From the NCBI GenBank assembly GCA_041664365.1, contig JBAYKW010000005.1:29204-93203 (forward strand): a stretch of DNA of 64,000 bases. Reading direction: 5' to 3'. Positions 36,721 through 46,067 of this stretch are shown in pieces. Within the stretch, counting starts at the first letter, position 1. Each line of letters begins with the position of its first letter. The position numbers and the translations under genes are program-made. The notes beneath the pieces were generated by a model. It saw nothing but the letters and a program-made list of their open reading frames with translations. It was not told where the DNA came from and made no database searches. The DNA is from Patescibacteria group bacterium (lineage in GTDB: Bacteria; Patescibacteriota; Patescibacteriia; UM-FILTER-42-10).

Positions 36721-37195
36721 CATAAGTTTATGACCTATAAATAGATCTACTTATGCGGGAAACATTCCATCAGGATGCTTCTAGCCGAGGCCAGTAGCGT
36801 CCTGGGATAAGTTTCGTACTCTCTCCTCCAAATCTGCCCTGATAATGAATTTAATGTGCAATCCCTGTGATATTAGTTACAAGGGATTTGGAGGAAAGAG
36901 AGACCTTAGGTTATATTTTTAAAACGGTCTCCTGTCAGCAGGTTTTCAGATCTATGTCTGATCACCCACTCCTCCAAATCTCTTGTTCCAATATGGACAA
37001 AAAAATGGACGGCATTATTCGTTGAAGAGAGTTCTTCCACTAAAACCACCCATAAGTATTGCTAAAGTTATTTCTGATTTCTCTCTCCTCAATTGTCAAA
37101 GAATTTGATTTAACTAACCAGTATATACCCAAATTAAAAATCTGTCAAGACCCGAAGGGCTTAACAGACTATATTTTGGCTAATTACAGATAAAT

Positions 37196-39460
37196 TTACT
37201 CCTGAAAGACGAACCCAATATAGCGGTCTATATTCAAAGTTGTAGTAAAAGAAATCCTTCCCGCTGATATTTCAACCGTACTGTCTTGAGGATATTGCCA
37301 GATTACATCATATTTTTCCGGGAAATTTATGGTTGCGGAAACAACCGAACCTTTCGTCCCCGACTGTTTTTGCATAAATAAACTGTAGGAATCGGACTTG
37401 CTAAATATTCCCTCCGGTTTTACCGTAAAAGGAAGTTTATATGTTGCTGAAACTTGCGATGTCTGCCCGGCTTCCGTACCCACCCAATTACCGAAAACAG
37501 TTTTGTGGAACTCGTTATTGATCCGGGTTTCTGAATTCTCATCAACAATCACCGTCCCCTGCACTTGCTCAAGTAGTTTATCTTCTTCGTATCCCTCGTT
37601 AGGATAGATAAACAACCTCGGATCAACATGACTGAATCCTTCCGCTTCAATCAAAGTACTGCCTTCTGGCACGTACATCCGCATAAAGTCCATATTCTTG
37701 ATACCGGTAATGGAATCACCTTCTTCGCCGGTATGAGTCCTGTTTACCGTCACTTTCGCCTGCACTTCCCCGTTTTCCTGGATCGTAACATTATAATCAA
37801 TTAACTCCTCAATCTCCAGATCCGTTTTACCGCCGGCGATATTTGTATTGATCACACTCAAATAATCCTTCGGCGAATCAATAATCTCCCCCGCCCAGCC
37901 GCGTTCGATGATTGATTGCTGTAGTTCATCGTCGTTAAAATACAGCATCATGTGTTTTTCTTTCAGCAAAGTATTCAAAACTCCCAATATCTGCAGTTGA
38001 TCAATGCGTTCCAGTTCCAATATTTTATTAAAAACTAAAGGGGTTAAATCCGAGATAATTTGTTTCGGTTTATTGGTATCGGAATCTTCCAGTTCGATTT
38101 GCTTGACGACAGTCCGGAAATTTTCCGCGTCCACCGTCACGCCGTAATCCGCGGTCAGATCAATCGGACCGGACAAAGAAAGTAGTGCTTCAATCACATC
38201 CGGGGTCATGGCTATTACCCCGTCAGTAGACGGACCGCCACTCTCTGTAAAAAACCACATCAGCTTTTCCGCTGAGGTCGGAAAATCCGGAAACCAGTTG
38301 GCGTCCTGGAAATACCAGTGCGGATTGACGAGGTGCAATGGTTTTGGCGCGATCACCTGCTCTTTTAACCATCCGTTCAGATCGTATGATCCGCCGCCCG
38401 GAACTTCCAGTTCTTTCATTATACCGTCATTAAAGGTCATCAATGCAAAGCTTCCGATAAATCCTCCAGTCGGACGTAATTCCGCATTGTTTTGAAATAC
38501 AAATAAATATCGCTTCATTGATCCCTGTCCTAATATGGATAACAGTAAATCAGTGAATTGATTGAACTCCTCTAGTCCGGCGCGTAGCGATGGCAGGTTT
38601 TCCTGTACAATTAAAAACTGTTCCCGGTATTCGCTGGGCAGTGATGATATAGAAATTTTCTCCACATTTTCTTCCGCGTTCTTCAGCTCCAAAACCGCCG
38701 GTTTCAGATTACCACTGGCTGAAAGCAGTGCGGTAGTAAAATTAAACGGCTCTTTCGCCTCACCTTCAGCGAGACTGACAAATGGCTCAAATGCTTTCGC
38801 GAGATAATCGCCGGCTGCCGATATTGATTGTCCGGATTTCAGTATGCGTTCGGCAGTAGATACTTCACCACTGGCTACCGGCACTATTTTAACGAGGCCG
38901 GAAACAGTTTCCAGCATCCCTTGGGCATCAACAAAGTTTTGAATTGCCGACATAAACTCCAAAGACGCGTTATTAAAATCTAACTCGGTAAATGATTGAC
39001 CGGCAGTTTGCAGATGATCATATGCCTCCCAGGATTTTCCTAATACACTATCCTTTATCCGGTCCGCCTTATAGTAAGAGGCCAACGCATAAATAGGTAA
39101 AACACACACTGCGGCTATTAATACAAAACCGATCGCTCCCCTGACTTTAGCAGTGGAGAAACTACTGAATGGGTTGTTAAAATCAAACCGGTGCCTTAGT
39201 GTAAAATTGCGTTTTTTCTTTTTCCTTTCTTCCGCGAATGAAAAAACGTCTTTTTCACTTCGATTGAATTGTGCTTTTTCATAAAAATTTAGAAAACCTT
39301 TTCTTGCCTTTTTTGAAAACACATTATCCAGTTTCTCTTTGGCTTCTTCTCTTTCCGAAGCAATTTTTTTCAAATCCAAAACATTGTCCGCCGGAACATC
39401 AAAATCCAGATGACGCTTGAAATTAACGCGGTGTTTTTCTATTTTTTCTTTTGAACCCAT
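37196..39460 (-). CDS. Large membrane-anchored extracytoplasmic protein, hypothetical (first gene of the polysaccharide locus)
   Basis: 754 aa. Lys-rich cytoplasmic N-terminus, one TM helix (GFVLIAAVCVLPIYALASYY), then a large hydrophilic body. No catalytic motif recognised. Confidence 0.5.
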   Translation of the reverse strand: MGSKEKIEKHRVNFKRHLDFDVPADNVLDLKKIASEREEAKEKLDNVFSKKARKGFLNFYEKAQFNRSEKDVFSFAEERKKKKRNFTLRHRFDFNNPFSSFSTAKVRGAIGFVLIAAVCVLPIYALASYYKADRIKDSVLGKSWEAYDHLQTAGQSFTELDFNNASLEFMSAIQNFVDAQGMLETVSGLVKIVPVASGEVSTAERILKSGQSISAAGDYLAKAFEPFVSLAEGEAKEPFNFTTALLSASGNLKPAVLELKNAEENVEKISISSLPSEYREQFLIVQENLPSLRAGLEEFNQFTDLLLSILGQGSMKRYLFVFQNNAELRPTGGFIGSFALMTFNDGIMKELEVPGGGSYDLNGWLKEQVIAPKPLHLVNPHWYFQDANWFPDFPTSAEKLMWFFTESGGPSTDGVIAMTPDVIEALLSLSGPIDLTADYGVTVDAENFRTVVKQIELEDSDTNKPKQIISDLTPLVFNKILELERIDQLQILGVLNTLLKEKHMMLYFNDDELQQSIIERGWAGEIIDSPKDYLSVINTNIAGGKTDLEIEELIDYNVTIQENGEVQAKVTVNRTHTGEEGDSITGIKNMDFMRMYVPEGSTLIEAEGFSHVDPRLFIYPNEGYEEDKLLEQVQGTVIVDENSETRINNEFHKTVFGNWVGTEAGQTSQVSATYKLPFTVKPEGIFSKSDSYSLFMQKQSGTKGSVVSATINFPEKYDVIWQYPQDSTVEISAGRISFTTTLNIDRYIGFVFQE

Positions 39461-39463
39461 AAC

Positions 39464-40591
39464 TTAAAATAATTCCTTTAAGTAAATTGAATGTGTCTTT
39501 TCGACCATCTTTATCCAACTGAACTGTTTTATGTGTTCACGTCCTTTTGCTCGCAAACTTTCCTGCAATGATTTATCCTGGATTACCGTTTTTAGTACCT
39601 GTACTATATCACTTATTTCATCCGGATGAAAGTATTTTGCCGCGTCGCCCAGTATCTCGGGCATACACGGAGCATTTGAAGATAATACAGGCAAGTCATA
39701 ACTCATTGCCTCCAGTGGTGGTAAGCCGAAACCTTCAATTGAAGACGGGAAAACATATAGCATGGCCGAACGATAAAACAATGGCAGTTCGGCATCGCTG
39801 ATAAACCCGGTAAAGATTACATTGTCGGTAATTCCATACTCTTTAACCGATAACTCCAGTCGCTCGGAGAAATAATCCCGCTTGCCGACCAAGACTAACT
39901 GCACGTCAATCTTCTCTTCTTCACGCAATTTTTTGAAAGCGATGATCAGTCTTTCCAGATTTTTGTGCGGATAGGTGTTTCCGACATACAACAGAAACGG
40001 TTTGGTAATATTATGCCTTTGGGCAATTTCAGAAAAATCTCCCTCACCCTGTCTGGGCGCGTCGCACGCTTCATATGTTACTACCACCTTTTCATCTTTA
40101 ACTTTGAAATGTTTCACTATTTCTTGTTTGGAAAACTGAGAAACAGTAATGATTCTTTCCGCTTTTTTTGCCGCCATCCAGATAACTATTTTATACCCTG
40201 TTTGTTTTGCCTTATACAGAATCGGGCCGAGCTTAGTTGCTCGTCTGGTGGGAAAATGCGTAATTATCAGATCGTGAATGGTTACTACAAATTTTCCCCG
40301 GTATAATATCGGGATGTTAAAATGAGGGAAATGCATCAGATCCACTTTTTCCTTTTTTATTTTTCCGGGCATCTTGAGCTGTTCAGCCAGCGAATACCAG
40401 CGATAATCCGCCAGCACTTTTTTAAACCTGCTGTTTTTCGGCTGAAATTCGTCCCAATTATCTTTGCGTAAAAAAACTACATACTCATTATTATCATCAA
40501 TATCCTGCAGATAATCTACGAGCTTTTGGGTATACCTACCCGGACCTGTTCTGGTCGGCCCGTAAAACCGGGCGTCTATTCCTATTCTCAT
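39464..40591 (-). CDS. Glycosyltransferase family 4
   Basis: EGFGLPPLEAMSYDLPVLSS is the GT4 E-x7-E region. Confidence 0.85.
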   Translation of the reverse strand: MRIGIDARFYGPTRTGPGRYTQKLVDYLQDIDDNNEYVVFLRKDNWDEFQPKNSRFKKVLADYRWYSLAEQLKMPGKIKKEKVDLMHFPHFNIPILYRGKFVVTIHDLIITHFPTRRATKLGPILYKAKQTGYKIVIWMAAKKAERIITVSQFSKQEIVKHFKVKDEKVVVTYEACDAPRQGEGDFSEIAQRHNITKPFLLYVGNTYPHKNLERLIIAFKKLREEEKIDVQLVLVGKRDYFSERLELSVKEYGITDNVIFTGFISDAELPLFYRSAMLYVFPSSIEGFGLPPLEAMSYDLPVLSSNAPCMPEILGDAAKYFHPDEISDIVQVLKTVIQDKSLQESLRAKGREHIKQFSWIKMVEKTHSIYLKELF

Positions 40592-40609
40592 ATTGATTCG
40601 TTTTACTAC

Positions 40610-41752
40610 CTATAAAGATACAAGATTTTGAAAAAGATTCAAAGTATCTCGTGCGCTGTTTTCCCAGGTGAATTTTTCTGCCTGCTTTCTCCCCTTTTGC
40701 GAAAGATTTTCAGATAATTGTTCATTATTCAGAACCTGCTTAAATGCTTCAACCAGCTCATCAATATTGTGAGGATCAATCAGTACGGCAGAATTTTCAC
40801 AAATCTCGGCAAGCGATGAAGAATAACTGGCGATTACCGGCGTTCCGGCTGACATCGCTTCGAGCGGAGGAAAACCGAATCCTTCATAAAACGAGGGATA
40901 GACAAAGCATTTAGCTAATTGGTAGATCGCCGGTTTGTCTTCGTTTGGGATATAACCGAGAACATGCACTCTGTTTTGTAATCCGGGCTTTGCGATGAGG
41001 CTATTGATCTGTTGTTCGCTTCCCTGCGCAGCTCCGGCTAAAACCAGGTGGCAGTCGGAATCCTTGGCAAATTCAGCGAAAGCTTCAACAACCATTTCAA
41101 TATTCTTTCTGGGCTCAAGCGCGGCTAAACTCAAAATATATTTTTCCGGCAGATTATATTTTCTGATTACATTATTTTTTATATCAGCATTTTCACTGCT
41201 GTAAAATTCATAATCAATACCCGGATAAATTCTCTGTACTTTTTCCGGCGGAACATTTAATACCTCAATTATGTCATTGCGAGTGTGGTCGGATACTGCG
41301 ATTATTTTATCAAACTGACTGACCAGTTTTTTAGCATTAATCACCTCATGCCAGAAACGCCCTTTTGCGGAATACAAACCAGGATAGAGAATAAAAGATA
41401 AATCATGCAAAGTTATTACTTTTTTCGGGATTTGTGACAATGCCAGAAAAATAATGTTGGGTTCAAAAAATATATCCACACCCCCCATCATTTTATCGAT
41501 TTTTGGTTTATGCAAAAAACGAAAACTGGCATTCAATAATTTATTTGGATACGAAAAATTCTTAAAATTCACGTTTGATTGTGTGAATTTTCCTTGAAAA
41601 AATGCTGCGGCATTTTTATAACTGTTCGAAAACAGAAAATACTCGTTCTGAGTATCTATCTGCAACAAGTTTTCTATAATTTTTTCAGTATAAACCGATA
41701 TCCCACCCGCTTTTTTTTCAAGCAGTGAGCGCACATCGATACCAATTTTCAT
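40610..41752 (-). CDS. Glycosyltransferase family 4
   Basis: YEGFGFPPLEAMSAGTPVIAS. Confidence 0.85.
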   Translation of the reverse strand: MKIGIDVRSLLEKKAGGISVYTEKIIENLLQIDTQNEYFLFSNSYKNAAAFFQGKFTQSNVNFKNFSYPNKLLNASFRFLHKPKIDKMMGGVDIFFEPNIIFLALSQIPKKVITLHDLSFILYPGLYSAKGRFWHEVINAKKLVSQFDKIIAVSDHTRNDIIEVLNVPPEKVQRIYPGIDYEFYSSENADIKNNVIRKYNLPEKYILSLAALEPRKNIEMVVEAFAEFAKDSDCHLVLAGAAQGSEQQINSLIAKPGLQNRVHVLGYIPNEDKPAIYQLAKCFVYPSFYEGFGFPPLEAMSAGTPVIASYSSSLAEICENSAVLIDPHNIDELVEAFKQVLNNEQLSENLSQKGRKQAEKFTWENSARDTLNLFQNLVSL

Positions 41753-41760
41753 AAATAGTT

Positions 41761-42390
41761 TTAAATATTTTCCTTTGCCTGCGACGGAGTTTTGAAATAT
41801 CGGATCATATATACAAAAACAATGCTCAATACTAATCCGACAATAAATCCGATAATGGTTGTCAGAATAATTTGAGGATCATTTTTCACAATTACCGGCT
41901 TTTCACCGACAATTTCAAAAAGTGCTTTATTATCCGCAGTTTGATTGATTGTAACCGCTTTTTCTTCAACGACTAAAATTACCGCCTGGGAAATTTTATT
42001 TGCTGTTTCTTCATCACGCTCGTTAAATCTGACGACGATGTTTTGTGGTGAATATTTCTTTGTTTTAAAACGATTCGCAAACTTTTCCAGCGATTCAATC
42101 TTTGGATCGACATCTCCATTTTCATATATATCCAAAAGGACTGACGGGGTAAGAAACCAACTGATCACGGTTTGAGAAAAAAGATCAGATGCCTGGATAC
42201 CGAAATAACTGTCATCATAGTACGGGGTATCCTGTTTATTTATTCTGTTCACAGCAAAAGAGATGGATGAAGCATAGGTTACCGGTCGGTAGTTAGTAAC
42301 CAAAAATGCACCCAACGCGACTAACAGTGTAAAAGTGATGATAAACACTCTGCTTTTTCTCAAAATTGATATATGCTCTTTTAATTCCAT
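41761..42390 (-). CDS. Wzz/CpsC-like polysaccharide chain-length determinant (short form)
   Basis: N-terminal and C-terminal TM helices flanking a periplasmic domain. Located within the glycosyltransferase cluster. Confidence 0.5.
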   Translation of the reverse strand: MELKEHISILRKSRVFIITFTLLVALGAFLVTNYRPVTYASSISFAVNRINKQDTPYYDDSYFGIQASDLFSQTVISWFLTPSVLLDIYENGDVDPKIESLEKFANRFKTKKYSPQNIVVRFNERDEETANKISQAVILVVEEKAVTINQTADNKALFEIVGEKPVIVKNDPQIILTTIIGFIVGLVLSIVFVYMIRYFKTPSQAKENI

Positions 42391-42395
42391 AATTT

Positions 42396-43505
42396 TTACT
42401 TAATATTAGTATTTTCAAAGTTTTTATATGCCTCTAAAACGTATGACTTAATCTTATCTTTAAATGCAGTTGTGTCAAATGTCTCTGCATGAGCCCTGAT
42501 TTCATCCTTCGAATAACTTTCCGGCTTAAAGTGGATTATCGTATCCGCCAGTGCTTCCCATGCCTGGTCAGAAAACAACTCCCCAGTTTTTCCCGGAACC
42601 ACAATTTCGCGTGCTCCGCCTTTATTGAAGGCAATAACCGGCCTCCCGGAAGCCATCGATTCAATCATTACGATGCCAAAATCTTCTTCCTGCGGATTAA
42701 TAAATGCGAGCGCCTCGCTGAATAGTTTCATCTTTTCTGTTTCCGATACTTTTCCGACAAATTCTATGTTTGGTCGGGCCATCTTTTTAAGATTATCTAG
42801 TTCCGGTCCGACGCCAAATATTTTTAATGGAATACCCAGCCGGTTAAAAGCCTGCACACCTATATCAAATCGTTTATATGATACCAGTCTTCCTCCCATC
42901 AAATAATAGTTTCCTAGACTATTACTCACCGAAAATTTCCTGATATCTACCGGCGGATGAATAATAATACTGTCACGTTTATAGTATTTTTTGATCCGGT
43001 GCTGGACAATCTTAGAATTACTGATAAATTTATCCACCCGATCCGCCGCCAGCTGGTCCCACAAACGTAATTTATGTAAAATAAACGGAACTATTTTTTT
43101 TACGACCGGCCCGTAGGCAAGCTCCTGTACATAGCTGTGTGTATCACTCCATAGAAATCTGGTCGGCGTGTGGCAATAGCAGACATGCAAAGTTTCCGGT
43201 TTGGTGATAATTCCTTTTGCAAATGCGGAAGTGCTGGACAAAACTATATCATATTCCGATAAATCATAACTTTCCGTGGCGGCAGGCATTAGTTTAATAA
43301 ACCATTTATAATGTTTAACACCTCCGGGTAATTTTTGGATAAACGATGTGCGGATATCTTTGTTGGCAAAATTAGCATTAGCCTGTTTCGGATTGTACAC
43401 AAGCACATAGGTAGGCGCCTGGGGAAAAATCTCCTGAAATGCCATCAGTACCTTTTCCGCACCTCCGTCTTGTGCTAGATGATCATGGATTAATGCTACT
43501 TTCAT
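42396..43505 (-). CDS. Glycosyltransferase family 4
   Basis: EDFGIVMIESMASGRPVIAFN. Confidence 0.85.
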   Translation of the reverse strand: MKVALIHDHLAQDGGAEKVLMAFQEIFPQAPTYVLVYNPKQANANFANKDIRTSFIQKLPGGVKHYKWFIKLMPAATESYDLSEYDIVLSSTSAFAKGIITKPETLHVCYCHTPTRFLWSDTHSYVQELAYGPVVKKIVPFILHKLRLWDQLAADRVDKFISNSKIVQHRIKKYYKRDSIIIHPPVDIRKFSVSNSLGNYYLMGGRLVSYKRFDIGVQAFNRLGIPLKIFGVGPELDNLKKMARPNIEFVGKVSETEKMKLFSEALAFINPQEEDFGIVMIESMASGRPVIAFNKGGAREIVVPGKTGELFSDQAWEALADTIIHFKPESYSKDEIRAHAETFDTTAFKDKIKSYVLEAYKNFENTNIK

Positions 43506-43522
43506 ATATTTATCATATCATA

Positions 43523-44914
43523 TTATGCCGCGGAACGCTTAGCTATAAGCGCAAACGGAGTTCTGAAAATTAACTGCAAATCCAGCATCATAGACCAGTT
43601 TTCAATATAATAGACATCCAACCTGGCTTCGTCTTCAAAGTTTAAATCAGATCTGCCTGATACCTGAGCCATGCCGGTGATGCCGGGCTTGATCGTGAGC
43701 AGTGTTTTATGATGCTTTTGATATTTACTGACTTCTTCCGGTTCATGCGGACGCGGTCCGACGATACTCATATGGCTTTTTAACACGTTCCATAACTGCG
43801 GCAGTTCATCAATACTGCTGGTCCGTAAAAACTTACCAAAACGGGTAATTCTCGGGTCATTCTTCATTTTAAATAAAGGGCCGTCGGAGCGCTCATTAAA
43901 CTGCGTCAGATCTTTCTTCATATTGTGAGCGCCCTGTACCATCGAACGGAATTTATACAAAGTAAACGTCTTCCCCCTTCTGCCGACTCTTTCCAGTTTT
44001 ACAAACACTGGGCCTGTAGAATCAAGTTTGATAATTATTCCTACTACCAGAAATACCGGCAGCAGGATAACCAGAAGAATTACAGAAATAAAAATATCAA
44101 AAACCCTTTTTAATATTTTCCCCCAGCCGTCAAGCGGAGTGCGTTTCAATTCAATCACAGGAATATCAGCAAGCGGTGTAATAACGATATTTGTAGCAGA
44201 TGTATCAAAAAGGTTTGCTACATATTTGAAGGTAATATGATATTCATTACACAAATCAATGATCTTTAAAACGTATGGTTTGTCGATATCCGAATCTGCC
44301 TGAATAACTTCATCAATCAAAGAGCTCTCGAAAGCATGTCTAATTTGCCCAATATCATCTTCACTTTTAATCTGTATATGCTCAACAATCTTATAACCCA
44401 GCGCCGGATTATCCCGCATGATTTTTACGATCCCGTTATCGGATAATTCCCGCGCAATAACCGCGACTCTGTGTGATCCAATCCCTTTTTTCAGAAGCTT
44501 GCGCTGAATAGAGCGCACAATGAATCTTTCAATGCCAATAAAGAGAATCGTCAGTATCCATCCTGTGAGCACAATAAAACGGGATGAAAATAGTTCCCGT
44601 TGAAAAAATATTACGATAATTATCACCAGTACTGCCGTTGAACACGCCAATACTATTTTTGTAAATTCTTCCACCATTTTTCTGGTGGACCGGATACTAT
44701 ACAGCCCGCTGAAAGCAAACACAATCACCCAGAGCAAACTGGCAAAAATCAGAATCGGAATAAACTCTTTCAACGGCATTTCATAGATAACCGGGCGCAG
44801 TTCAGAAACAAAAGATCCGAACCGAAGTCCATAAGATGCCAATCCGGCTAAAACTATAACAACAAAATCCAAAGGAACCAGAATTGCGCTGAATGATAGT
44901 TCCGATTTATTCAT
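43523..44914 (-). CDS. Undecaprenyl-phosphate sugar phosphotransferase (WbaP/CpsE-like initiating transferase)
   Basis: Four N-terminal TM helices, a central domain, and a C-terminal bacterial sugar transferase domain (KFRSM...DELPQLWNVLKSHMSIVGPRP). Confidence 0.85.
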   Translation of the reverse strand: MNKSELSFSAILVPLDFVVIVLAGLASYGLRFGSFVSELRPVIYEMPLKEFIPILIFASLLWVIVFAFSGLYSIRSTRKMVEEFTKIVLACSTAVLVIIIVIFFQRELFSSRFIVLTGWILTILFIGIERFIVRSIQRKLLKKGIGSHRVAVIARELSDNGIVKIMRDNPALGYKIVEHIQIKSEDDIGQIRHAFESSLIDEVIQADSDIDKPYVLKIIDLCNEYHITFKYVANLFDTSATNIVITPLADIPVIELKRTPLDGWGKILKRVFDIFISVILLVILLPVFLVVGIIIKLDSTGPVFVKLERVGRRGKTFTLYKFRSMVQGAHNMKKDLTQFNERSDGPLFKMKNDPRITRFGKFLRTSSIDELPQLWNVLKSHMSIVGPRPHEPEEVSKYQKHHKTLLTIKPGITGMAQVSGRSDLNFEDEARLDVYYIENWSMMLDLQLIFRTPFALIAKRSAA

Positions 44915-45037
44915 CCCGTAAAAATTATGAGTTATAGAATTATTAACACCGCTATATCCTTATCAATTACAGTATACCTTTCATTAGGACAGATTAGCCA
45001 AATAGAGGTTCATGTTAAGACCCCTATTTTAGAGTTG

Positions 45038-45528
45038 CCGATATCCAAGCCTATAAGCCGAATTTTGTATTCCGCATAGCGGAACGATGATTATCTATCT
45101 AGCCATGTACCGAAACGCGGCGCGTCTGGTACGTGGTCAAGCGATCAACCCGCCCCCGTTGCATTTATTGCTAAATACCCGGGGACCTATTTAATCTTGC
45201 ACCGGATAGGGTTTTTCATCCCCTTCTGTTGCCAAAAGAGGAAAAGGATTCTTAGGCCCTTACTTTTCACCCTTACCCCACCAATTACGGGGCGGTTTTG
45301 TCTCTGTGACACTATCCCTAGGACTTCCGGACATTAAAAAGTCTATAGAACTCTTCAATCCCCTTTATTCCCGGCCCGAGTTACGAGCTATCCACTTCTC
45401 CTCACACCAATATTTTGAACAGAAAAAATCAATTTATTCATAACATTGGTGTGAGGAGGGTGTTCGGACTTTCCTCCCAGTACATATGCTTTTGCAATGT
45501 TCCGGGCAATCATCCAGCTTAGATAACG
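45038..45528 (-). ncRNA. rnpB: RNase P RNA, bacterial type A (rnpB)
   Basis: Minus-strand transcript contains GGGAGGAAAGUCCGAAC (the P4 5' half) and ACAGAGACAAAACCGCCCCGUAAUUGGUGGGGUAAGGGUGAAA, close to the E. coli M1 segment ...CAAACCGCC...GGUAAGGGUGAAA. It also contains AUACAAAAUUCGGCUUAUAGG, matching ACAGAACCCGGCUUAUCGG (the P4 3' half). A long P3 hairpin is present. P1 pairs UAUCUAAGCU with GGCUUGGAUA. Confidence 0.8.
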
Positions 45529-45557
45529 GCAATGTATATCATACTACAAAACGCCAG

Positions 45558-45596
45558 ATTGTCAACCCCATTAGAGAACTTTTCTAACGGGGTCAA
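45558..45596 (-). repeat. Hairpin-plus-promoter repeat element, copy 2 (between rnhA and rnpB)
   Basis: The minus strand reads TTGACCCCGTTAGA-aaagttc-TCTAATGGGGTTGACAAT. The TTGACA lies 16 nt upstream of TATGAT, in front of the rnpB 5' end. Confidence 0.5.
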
Positions 45597-45650
45597 TTCC
45601 TATACTTACTAAATACAATCATAAAAACTAAATTGATTATTGAGATACTA

Positions 45651-46067
45651 TTAACTTCCGAGTCGCTTATCCAGACACAAATTCACCTGGGCATCAGCCA
45701 GTTTATTTTTTTCTCTCGGGATGTGATGATATTCAACAGAATCAAATTTTTGCACCAGATTCCAAACCTGGACAAAAAGCGTAGCGAGCCCGGCATCTTT
45801 CACTTTATATTTTCGGTTCAACTGGTTAACAATCAATTCACTGTCTGAATAAATTTTGATCCTGGTTCCATTCAGTTCAATAGCTTTTTTCAGCGCTAAA
45901 ATTATGGCTCGGTATTCCGCCTGATTGTTAGTTGTTTCTCCCAGATATTCAGAATATTCACCCAGTATTTTTTTATGCTCATCAAATATCACAACACCAG
46001 ATGCGGCCGGTCCGGGATTACCGCGCGCTCCACCGTCTGTAAATATTATTAATACATCATGTTTCAT
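45651..46067 (-). CDS. rnhA: Ribonuclease HI
   Basis: IFTDGGARGNPGPAASG...TNNQAEYRAIILAL...IYSDSELIV carries the RNase H D-E-D-D motifs. Confidence 0.9.
   Translation of the reverse strand: MKHDVLIIFTDGGARGNPGPAASGVVIFDEHKKILGEYSEYLGETTNNQAEYRAIILALKKAIELNGTRIKIYSDSELIVNQLNRKYKVKDAGLATLFVQVWNLVQKFDSVEYHHIPREKNKLADAQVNLCLDKRLGS

Noticed and set aside
35301-37195. Group II intron, tmRNA or SRP RNA in the large non-coding region
   Set aside because: I found no domain V consensus (GAGC...CGUAUG...GUACGG), no tRNA-like GGUUCGAUUCC 3' end outside the three tRNAs, and no AGGUCCGGAAGGAAGCAGCC SRP helix-8 motif. The region stays unassigned rather than called.
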